A stretch of DNA of 64,000 nucleotides from a virus: IMG/VR virus record IMGVR_UViG_3300050030_000022, positions 9,182 to 73,181 of that record. One strand, 5' to 3'. The translations under genes were made by a program, and so were the position numbers. This document shows, in pieces, positions 19,027-30,000 of this stretch (positions within the stretch are counted from its first letter, which is position 1; each line of letters begins with the position of its first letter). The notes under the pieces are model-generated. The model was given only the letters and a program-made list of their open reading frames with translations. It was not told the origin of the DNA and made no database searches.

Positions 19027-21054
19027 TTAATTCGGTTGTGCCATTAATTGTTGTACCATTTGCATCGCCTGTGGGTTTCCATTCTTGGATGCCTGTTGCT
19101 GTACCTGCTGCGCAAGGGCAGGGTCAATAACTCCGCCTTGCGGGATTGCGCCCTGTTGCATCATTTCCTGCTGCTTCTGCTTGATTTGCTCTAAGAGACG
19201 GTCCGCAAATGGCAGAGATGAGTTCTCCAGGAACATGGAAATATCTATCATCTGCGCCTGTAACAACTGGAATAGCATATCGTCAATAATCTGGCGGTAA
19301 ACCGGGGTGTCCATCGAGGGTGCGACCTTGAGTTCAATCTCCAAATTCCTGACCTTTTCGGGATCATAAACCATCTTTTCCGCATCGGCACTTACCCCGC
19401 TTGAGGCGAAATACCGCTTATCGTTGTAATATTGTCTTAGAACTTTTAGGGCTTTTAAGTCTCTTTGTTCTTTAAAGAAGGCGAAGAACTCCAGGTATTC
19501 TTTCAGGTTAGTCAAGGAATACTGCGCCTGTTGAGCGTACAGTGAGGACGGTGTACCAGCTTTGGGGGCCTGACCTTGCAGGGCTTCATGTACCCCTGCG
19601 ATGTCCTGAATGAGTTTCATCTGCATACTGATCATTTCCCACAGTCCGGGAAGATTGGCGCGGGAGGTAATCTGTTGAGGTATCTGAACGCCCTGTTTGG
19701 TTTTGATCTTGATAATACCGTTGAACTTTGTCCATTCCTCGGCGATGTCTTCCATAGGAAAATCGTCTGAAATGGCTTCCTCCGGTACAAGTAAAACGCC
19801 TTTTGCCGAAGCACCCATAATGAAATCCTGTAAAGAAATCAAACGATTGATATATCTTTGCTGATCCAAAATGTCCTCTACAAAGCCCCACACCTCACCG
19901 TCCAATAAGGGATAAAGCGCCATGCAATACGGATGGGAGTCATGCCCGTAAGGGGTCTCACCTTCGGCCAGTGTTTGTCCCCAGGGAGTAAGATACTTAA
20001 AGCACCAGAATTGTTCATATTTTCTCGTTGCCTCCATTAAAGGAACCTGTTCGGTAGGAATCCCCTGAGTGGCTGCATAAGCGATACGTTGAGCATTAGC
20101 CTGGGCAATTTTATCAATAGAAAAGGGAACGATATTATAGGTTCCGTCCAAAGTGTCGTGAACGTAAGTCCTCCACTCGCTTTTAATGTACCATATTTCG
20201 ATAACGCGGTACTTGGTCGTGTCGTAAGTCATGTAAAAATCCACTGCGTCCAGATGCTCGGTAGATAAAGTATTGCCCATCACCGTGGGGACTTGCTCGG
20301 CGGAATGGGTATACCACTGCCTGATCTTTTCCGCATCCGCTTCCGAAGCCGCGAAAGCACCTATGATATTGTCCAGGTCGTCATCAATCAACTCTCCGAT
20401 GGTGTTTAAATCGGTCATGCGAATATCGGCCAGCCCTGAGTTATAGAATGTCCTCGCGGGCGATGTGTTTTCAATCCACACGTCTTCAGTATTTCGTTCC
20501 TTCCAATATTTATATCTGACCTTTCCAATGATAGCACCACTGACCAGGTATTCCTCAAAATTTCTTACGTCCAGTTCCGTTACCTTATTAATATCCAATA
20601 CGGAACGTAAGGCATTGGTGAGCATATCCGATTCCGTTCCTTTTCCAAAAGCACGGGCAACCACCATAGACTTCATCGGGTTCATTCTGTATTGACCCAA
20701 CACATTTTTAATCACCTGGCGGATCATATTCTGCTTGAAGGGAATTTTACCCTGATTCTTAATATAGTTTTCCTCGGTAATACTCTCCCCGGTGTCGGGG
20801 TCTTCGATGAGTTCGTGCCACTGATCGCCACGGTAATACAGACGGTTCTTTTTCCTTCTATCTCTGAAATCTTGTAAGGCAGACCAATACTGAAAAGCCA
20901 TTTCCAATAACTTGCGGTTGTCATTTACCGTAGTGGGGTCTTCTTTTAAGGTGCTTTTCTGCTGCCGGAATGTCAAAGCCTTCACCTGTTTGGCCGGCAT
21001 CAGGTTTTGAACATTCATCACAGAGAAGTCTACACCGTCATAATTGGTTTTCAT
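19027..21054 (-). CDS. Portal protein (P22-like podovirus type)
   Basis: YYRGDQW, NMIRQVI, GFVEDILDQQRYINR, Gln-rich C-terminal barrel. Confidence 0.88.
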   Translation of the reverse strand: MKTNYDGVDFSVMNVQNLMPAKQVKALTFRQQKSTLKEDPTTVNDNRKLLEMAFQYWSALQDFRDRRKKNRLYYRGDQWHELIEDPDTGESITEENYIKNQGKIPFKQNMIRQVIKNVLGQYRMNPMKSMVVARAFGKGTESDMLTNALRSVLDINKVTELDVRNFEEYLVSGAIIGKVRYKYWKERNTEDVWIENTSPARTFYNSGLADIRMTDLNTIGELIDDDLDNIIGAFAASEADAEKIRQWYTHSAEQVPTVMGNTLSTEHLDAVDFYMTYDTTKYRVIEIWYIKSEWRTYVHDTLDGTYNIVPFSIDKIAQANAQRIAYAATQGIPTEQVPLMEATRKYEQFWCFKYLTPWGQTLAEGETPYGHDSHPYCMALYPLLDGEVWGFVEDILDQQRYINRLISLQDFIMGASAKGVLLVPEEAISDDFPMEDIAEEWTKFNGIIKIKTKQGVQIPQQITSRANLPGLWEMISMQMKLIQDIAGVHEALQGQAPKAGTPSSLYAQQAQYSLTNLKEYLEFFAFFKEQRDLKALKVLRQYYNDKRYFASSGVSADAEKMVYDPEKVRNLEIELKVAPSMDTPVYRQIIDDMLFQLLQAQMIDISMFLENSSLPFADRLLEQIKQKQQEMMQQGAIPQGGVIDPALAQQVQQQASKNGNPQAMQMVQQLMAQPN

Positions 21055-21063
21055 TGTGCCTCC

Positions 21064-24000
21064 TTATTTATTGTAATCATCCACGATCATTTGCATAATC
21101 GCCTTGCGCTGAGTGTTGAGTTCGTCATAAGTTTTATTGTCCCCCATATCCAGAGCGTCTTTCATTTTGTTTTGTAAATCCCACACTATATCGCCGGGGA
21201 CTTTCTTTGCCGAATGGGTAAAGTCAATGACCATTAAGGACTTTTCAAATTCAGGGGTCTTGGAAATCGCTTCCGCCTTGTCAAACTCATTGTGATTCAT
21301 GGCATCATGGTACATCCTTTGGGACAGTGTTGCGGCATCGTAAACCTTTTTGTATTCCGCCTCGATGTCATAGCCCTTGATTCTATTTGTATTTACATGA
21401 AATCCAACTCCGTGAGTGACCATATCGAAAGCAGACGTTTCGCCCATTGCAAAGGCGACAGAGTTCTGTAAAGGAATAGGCAACCAATCCCTGCCGTTGG
21501 CAAGGATAAAGGACAGCATTTCATCCGAGTTCACGCCCCCGGTTTCATTCGGTGGAGGCCACTTGGTCAGTTTGCCTTTTAATTTACCGCCTTTAGGTTC
21601 ACCTACCCGGTAGCCTAACTTCTCGTTGGTGGACATATAAACGCCCTTATCGTCATACCCTAAGACTTCCGCTAAGGTGGTATAGCGTTTTCCCTGCCAG
21701 TTATTACCTTCCATTAAGTCAAATACCGTCCGGGCGAAGATGCTGCCTTTATTTTTAATAGGTGTTGTCCATGAACCCGTTACGGCTTGTTCTGTCCACT
21801 TGTAGGGGTCTTTAAAGTGACCTGCGATGTTAAAATACTTGCGGACTTCGTTGCCCTGTTGGTCAACTTCTTCACCTCCCATTAAACGATTAACGGGGGT
21901 TACGTCCATACTCAGCCAGTTTAATTGCCCCGGCTTGTCAAAAGCGTCCTTATACTGGTGTGTTAGGGTTTCCAAATAAGTTTCCTGATCGTCCGGGTCG
22001 TTAAAGACTGCCATCATCAGGTTTAGTCCTACACTTAAAAATGCAACTCGCGAAATAGCCCTGAGCCAATATCTGCGGTACATACGAGTTTCGGCTTTAC
22101 TTCCAGAGTGAATCGCCTTCACCATAAGCCTTACATTTGATAGCGTCCAATCCCTTGCTAACAACCATAAACCATTAAAATCCAACCATGTTTTACTAAT
22201 ACCCATACGTTCATAATGCAACCCCCCAAAGTTGTCATTGGCGATACGGGCGATCATTCCTAAAATTACTTTATCATCTAACTTGGGGTTTAGTTTGCGT
22301 TGTTTGGCGAGTTCAAGTAAAGCAAACTTGACTTTCAATCCCGCCCCGTAACGCTTAAACAGGAAATCAGTATGGGCTTCATGCAGTTTGTGAATCTTAT
22401 CCCTGACATCTTTTGTAACTTTTAATTGATCGAGCCATCCATCTACCAAAGTTTTACTTCTGAGCAAATCCTCTTCCCAATCCTGCATCCTTCCGATGGT
22501 CATCCCGGCACGAATTAGACTTTCCACATCGGGGGTCATGTGAAAATAGGCATCCAATCCTGCTTTATAGGATTTACGGATATTCAAATCTGAGAATTGG
22601 TGTAGTGCTGAACCTAATAAGTAGGCGCGGGTGAAGGCTAAATGATGGAAGAACGACCAACTTAGTACATTTCTTTTCAGTAAAGCGTTGATAAATATAA
22701 GTTGTTTGGCGGCAGGTTGTTCCCTGAACCACGAGGTACTCAAAATATCATTTAGATTTTTGGCTACCGGCGCAGGTGCATAAACCTGTTTCCTGCGCAT
22801 CACCGTACCGTTTTCAGTGATGAAAATATCCCGGTTATGATACTCAATATCTTTGAACTTGCCCGTGGATTCGTCAAATTTGTAATCCACCTCGTCATTA
22901 TACTGACTGTTGGCTTCTTTTTTATGCTTTAACTTGCCGTCATATCCCCAAATCTTAAAAGAAGGATGTTCTACCATCTTGTAACCGGGGAGTTGCTGAG
23001 TTGCAAACAAAGGGTTGCCATCTTCGTCTTTGACCTGTTTACCTGAGTTGATCAGGTTGCGGTTCTCAATGACGTTGTGTATTTCGTTTTTAAGGATTTC
23101 CAGACTATTGGACGCACCCTCGACTTTTAAGTTATATCCTTTCGCCATTCCCTCGATGATCGTTCCAAATACCCTCTTTTTGCTGTGGCGGGTGGTTAAA
23201 CTAAATTTCTTCCATGCGTCATGTCCCGCCTGCCCTGAGATGTCCCAAATACGATTGACATAGTTTTCAAGTACGTTGGCAATAACCATATTGTCTAAGG
23301 CCAGTTGCCCCATCTTGGTATATTCTGCCCCGATGCGGTCAGCGATTGCCTTCATGGACGGCGTAAGTTCCTCTGAGGCGGTAACAAGTGCCTGCTGACG
23401 TGGGGTGAGATCATTCCAATACTGCTGTATATGTTCAGGGTGCGCCTGGGTGTCAATGTGAATCTGAATCGCACGGTCGATGTCCTGCCACGTCTTAGCC
23501 CACTTAGGTTTCTCGGTGGTGAAAATCTTTTGAATCTCGGTCTGAGTGTTGAACGCCTCGACATTGGCTTTGGCTTTAGCTACGTCCCGGTTTCCAAACC
23601 AAGTGTCCCTGACCTCTGAGTAGATGTCCTTCATCTTTCTGGGCTTGCCTTCCATGTCGGGTTCGGTTTCCTGGGACATCAGGATATTGGGTTTATCATA
23701 AGGATATTGCACCTCCCACAACTGCTGTCTTTCATTACCACCCATTTTAACCTGATTTAAAGCGTGGGATGTTTCGGTTTTAGTATTAATTATATCCAAC
23801 ACATAATCAGGCACGGTCACGCTTTCACCCATATCCTCCCCAAAAATACCATCGTGCAGAATAATCAGATTGTGACCTAACTTTTCATCCTTAACCCGTT
23901 CCATACCATAATTAATAACACCCTGTAAATCCAGATTTTCTGGCGGTACATCATAGGCATTAATATTAAGATTGGGTGATAAATAGATAATGGCGGCATG

Positions 24001-27000
24001 ATAGCCTTTATCGGTCAATAACGCCTTCCCAATCTCAACCATTCGCGTTTGAGCATTCCGGCCATTGTTAGAACCCAATGCCTCCCGTTCGGTAAATAAG
24101 CGGGGTTTGGCATTTTTATATTCATTGGACTGGCTGTAATTGTCGATTTGCTCATTGGCGATTCCCCTAAATGAAATATTAGACTTATACTGATTATAGT
24201 AATCAAGTGCTCGTTCAGGGGATATGAAAGTAAATTTTTCATGATCAATAACCACATGACCTAACATCTCCACAGGTTCTTTGCCCCATGTTTCTCCATT
24301 CATAAGGTTCTGTACTATTCGACCAGTGACAAAAATATCCGCAGCCGAGGCGTTATGATTACCACTTGGATGATTATGGACAAGATAGAATTGATTTGCA
24401 CCAAAACCTATTGCGAGATCGCGGATTTCCGGCGATTCCGGGAATTGCGTGGAACCGGGTTTATTAAGTGTGTAAGCGGCTGTACCTACAATATCGCCAT
24501 CCTTTAAGAATACAACGTGGGCTTTTTCAATATAAGGTGAACGATGGATCGACCACAACTCAGCCACATCTTGAGGATTATTTATTTTTAATCCGGTGAA
24601 ATCAACATAACCCTGTTCGGCAAAAGTATCAATAACAGTGCGTGGCTTTATCTTATCACCACTTGTTTTAGACTTGTCCGCATATTGTTCATTTACTTCC
24701 TGCACTAATTTCCTAATCGCTTCATCTTTAGCCTGAATACTGCCGTAAGCGCGTTCCGCTTCATTTTGTTCCATCAGGATATTTTCAGGTGTCGCCCCGG
24801 CGGTTTCTGCACTCATCCTCAGATACTCCCCTTCGGCAAGCAACCCATCCCGGCGTAATGCAGCCTTCTCTCCCAGAATATCCCCGACAAACTCGGTTTC
24901 CGGTGCGGTTTCACGTAGGTTTTCCCTTGACCGCCTTAAAAGATCGTTGATGTCGTTGTCCGTCCACTTGACAAACTTGCCAAAAGCCTGACGAAGCAGG
25001 TTGCGAAGTCCGGCAATGAACCGTCCCCACCAGGTAGGCTTCACCCCGCCCTGTGCTTTCTGTGCCACATACTCATCAGCCAGTAGTTGTTTGTAAGATA
25101 TTCCCGTCTTAGGTCTTGGGTAGCGTTTAGCCATATATCTTTTTTCCTCTTCGGTCATGGAATCGTAAACCTGATCCATCAACTTGTTAAAGCCTTTGAC
25201 ATTGTGTTCAAACAACGCCCTTAATCCGTGGTGGGCGACAATTTCATGTAAGAGTACCGTTGCTGCGCGGTCACTTGAGGTTATGTTGTTTAAGATTAAG
25301 GTGACTTCCTTACTGTCTAAATCATAGAAGCCGTCCGTTTTATTCCCGGCTTTCTCTATTGCGGCACGGGTGCGGTCGTCCAGATTGTTCTTAGACTTTA
25401 CTATGTTTACCTTAACCCCCGTTTCCTTAGAGATGTCGGAAGCCATCTGACGGACGGTAGTTTCAAATTCCTTGCTCCCGGTTGTTAATTCGGAGTACAT
25501 ATCTCCGATGTAGTCGTACTTTTTAAACAGGGGGTTCTCGACATTGACGCTTTGATCGGGTAAGATGTCTTCGGATTGGGTGGACTGCAATATATTCGGT
25601 TCGGAGGGAGGCTTTTCCTGAACATCCATCGGCATCTCAATCTGCTTTTCAGCCAATGCCACTTCCGACCGCATATCCTTTTCAAGTTGGGCGATGGTTT
25701 CATTAACTTGCTTATTGTAGGCTTTAACCTGATCGGCGATGTTCTTGCGGATAGTGGTTTCGTTTGTGCCAAATGCACCTTCCCCGACAAACATATCCTT
25801 TTCGCCCAATGATCCCGCCTGCCCAAATAGACTAATCTTTTTATTGGCTGCTCTTACTGCCTCGTTCTGCCGGTTGCGAAGTTGCGAATCGGAAACGAGT
25901 GTCTCCTTTAAGTCTTTAATTTGCCTGGTGTAATCGGCTTTTATTCGGGCGATTTCTCTTTGTCGGGCTGTGGCTTCTGGCTTTCCTTCCACTCTTTTGC
26001 CCTCGCCAGGGTGTTCTGCAACGCCCTCCAGAGTTTCTTCTGTTCCTCTGGAGTAGCTAATCGTTTCTTCATAACCTTTGTTGTTTAAGTAATCCTGTAT
26101 GTCAATGTAATCCTGATCGGTCATCCAACCCTCACTGATAGCGTCATCTTTAAAGGATGCCAGGTAATCGGGGTTGTCGATTATGGAAATATCTGTAAAA
26201 TTAGCGATTTCTGCACCAAGTTCGTCTGAAATATTTATTTGCCCAACATTTTTTTCATTCCATTCCCTGTATTTATTAATGGAATAACCTGTTAATTTTT
26301 TGAATCGGTACGCCAAATCAAGTTGATCGTCCGTGGTTTTACGGATAATATCGGAATTATTCACGACATCTACCATAAATTGCGCCACTTCCCCAGGGGT
26401 CACATCTATTCCATCCTCGAATTTTTCGGCAGCTATCCGGTCAAGGGGTGTACCATTTTTATCCGTAAATCGTTTAATTAAACCCTGTGTAATATTGTTT
26501 TTATCGTTATGATCGGTAAAACTTTTAATCGTAGTGCGGGTTTCAAGTGTGGCTAACTGCCAATCGTGTAATTTATCATAGGGTATGTTATGTTCGCGTT
26601 CCTGCTGCCAGGCAATGTGTATATCTTGCGGGTTGGTAGAGTACAGTCGCACCCAACCTATCCATTCATTCAGGTTTTCCCCTGTCGGCATTGGTGGTGC
26701 ATCCGGGTTCTCTTTAATGGGGATGGAAAAGTCAAGTTTTCTATATTGATCCCTGAGTTTAGCAAGGTCTTTTTTGAGATCAGCTTCCCTTTCGGTCGGG
26801 ATTCCTTTATTTTTACGCTGCTTTTTCAGGTAGTCAATTTCTTGTTTAACCTTACTTATTTGCGAGCCTAAGTCCGTTAATCGGTCTTCGGGAGTGGTTG
26901 GTTTAGGCTTCAATACTTCACCCACAAACTCTTTAGGTTTGGATTTCGGCTTTAGTGCGTTCCCGACAAATTCATCAGGGGGTTTCTGCTTTATTTCTAT

Positions 27001-30000
27001 TCCCCCACCTTTTTGCGGAGAAACGGAAACGGGTGTCGGCTTTTCCGACATACCACCCTCTTTTGGCAGTCGTTCTCCCGTGTTCCCAACAAACAGGAAG
27101 TCGTATTTTCTATACCAATCCCTTAACTGCTGAGCGGTCATATCCGAAGATACTTCCGGCACGGCTTTTAATTTGAGGGTAATGCCCAACTCGTCGGCTT
27201 TATCGGTAATGTCACGCATCGCCGCATTTGCCTGACCCTTCTGGCGTTGTTTCAATGGAACTTTGATAGATTCCAATGTCACCGCTTCGGGGGTGTGTTG
27301 CGCCACGACAATAGTTGCATCGCCAATTTTACCTGTCTTTGCATCACCGCCGATTACGTCAACGGGTTCAGTCAGCCCTAAATCTTTGGCGAAGCGGTCG
27401 TAAGGTTTTGACTCTACCCCTGACTCTACCCCTTTAGGTTTTTCAGGTTGTGGCTTTAAATTGGTCGTTGGTTTTTCAGGGTTTACCCTTAAATCAGGAT
27501 AGTCGGCAAGTACGTTTTCGGGGACGGGCTTGCCTTCGGAGAGGGCTTGTGTTATTGATTCACGATGTTGCTTTGAGAGTTCTATCTTACGATTAACTCC
27601 CGCAATAGCCTTATCGAAAGCAGGAATGTTATATTTTTCCTTATCGGCTTCATTTTTAATCTTCTGCCATTTGTTCAACTCCATATTCAGGGAACGATCT
27701 GTCTGATCGAAAGTGTACCCTTCGCCAACAAACTTCTCCCTGGTCATCTCCCACGGTTGCAGCTCATGCTGTGACTCTTGCTGCAACTCTGGCTGTGGAT
27801 TCGTTTCAGATATTGGCTGTAAGTCAGGTGGTTGTTCCGATGCGGGGATTCCCGTTTCGGGTACTTCAGCCTGTGGTACAACTTCCGCCTGATCGGGTGC
27901 AATAGGGGGTTCATTTACTTTTTCTTCATGTGTTTGAACATCTCCACTTCCTGTAACCTGTCCTGTGCCTCCACGTAACTCAGGTCGTCCTTGCTCAACG
28001 GCTTCCCCTTGTGGCTCACCACCTGGTAGCCCTTCGATGTTTTCTTGATCATGTTGAATTTCCTCCTGCGGTTTAGTGATTACTTCCCCTTCTTGGGGTT
28101 GGACTTCTTGGGTTGCGGCACTTTCTTTGCCTGCTTCCGGGCTGGCTTTTTCTTTGACTTGCTCATTTTGCTTGGATTTTAATGTGAAACCACTGCCTTT
28201 TGCGGTGGCTAAGATCATATCGCTTGCTCCACTGTCAGACCATGCTCCGTCTAAAAAGGCTTGCACCTTTCCCTTGTTGTCAATCCTGAAAGTGGTATTG
28301 GTTTCATCGCCGTTAATGACAAACTCCGCACCTTTTGCGGGTAATCCCGTTGGTTTCTCCGCAGGTTTAGGACGCGAAACAATAACAAAGTTGTTTTCTG
28401 CCAACGCATCGCTTGGGTCTGCCGTATTGACAGGGGTAAATTCACTCTGGCTGTACTTATCTCCCAGGGCTTTGGCTACCTTATTGGCTTCTGATTCTTT
28501 GGCGAAGGAAGGGTTGCTTTGCAGACTCCCGTCTGGAAGTGCAGTAAATGGCACTGGTACGTCTTTTCCGTTCAGATTGGCTTTTAAAACTGTCTTTTGT
28601 GCAGTAGGTTGCACATTTTCTGGTGCATTTTGTGCAACAGGCGGAACATTTGGTGCGGTAACTTCCCCGGCTTGTTCGGGTGTAGTCTTTTCTACACTGC
28701 CAAATTCAGATTCAGGGATAGTAACTTGCGTCCCGTCCTCGTAAATTGCCTTCACAAAATCTTTCCCGGTTTCAATAATATCTGCCTGCCTGCCGTTATA
28801 GGTAATACTTTCACCCATTCTCAGGGTAGTCTCCGGCGGGTTCTGTACTTCGTCCAGTTTTTGCAGGATTTGTTCACCAATCTTATTTTGCTGTTGACGT
28901 TGGGCTACATTGGACGCTGACACCCCGCCAAGTTCGCTCAGGGAGGTCGCCCGGACACCTACGACATCATCAAAGGGTATCATCATAGCCTCGCCTCCGC
29001 CATCGGGGACGACAATCAAAGGCTTCTTACCTAATTTCCACGTGCCATCTTCCGGGTTAATCGTTACGTCACCATCTTTTACCCACCAATGATTACCTTC
29101 TCTATCTACAATTTGGACTAAATGCTCATTGTCTTTATAAGTAAAGGGTGCATATTGCGCTTTTACCTGATCGGCGGCGGCAAGTTGTTCGTCTTTATCA
29201 ATCCTGACCCTACCTAATTCCTGATCAAATTGAGCCTTAATCTTTTGTTGGCCGGGACTTAAAATAGATTCGGGCGTGTTTAAAACCTCGGCAATCTTTT
29301 CTTCCGGTACGCCTTGCGCTTTTAAATTCTCAACTGCCTGCGGTTTTAAAGGTTCATCCGCTTTTTGTTTTTCCTGTTCTGCCAAAGTTGATAATAAACT
29401 TTCACCCATCCCTCGGCGCATAGCGTTGTTCCAAGCATAGGTAATAATATTCAATCCTTGTTGATCCGTCACTCCTGATTTGTGCAAAATATCGCTTAGA
29501 CTGGATGACACATCGGCGGGCTTGTCCTGTTTTAACGCATCAATGACACTGGATTTGGTTTCTTTTGGCAGATCTGACAGATATTTATTTCTTAATATCT
29601 GCTCATCCAATGACTTATAGGCAACATTGGAAGCGTAAAATCCACCGCCAACGGCAGCCAGTGTAATGGTAGTCGTTAAAATGTTCTGGCCTGTCCATAC
29701 ATCCGATGCCTTTGTGTCGGGATCAATCATTGGGGTAATCACGTTGGACATCATTTCTTCTGAAAATTCCTCCGGGAATGAACCGAACATCGCCGCACCC
29801 TTGAATTTCTGTACTGGAGTAAGCCAACGGCTTACGCCTTGTGCCGCTTTCTTACCTAATAATGTACCGATGCGAGGAATTGAAGCGATGATATGCGTAC
29901 CCATAGATTCCGTCAGAATATCCGGGAATGAATTAGCCAAACCCTTCATCATCCCGACAGGAAGCGAGGATTGGGAGATAATATTACCTTCGGGGTCTAC

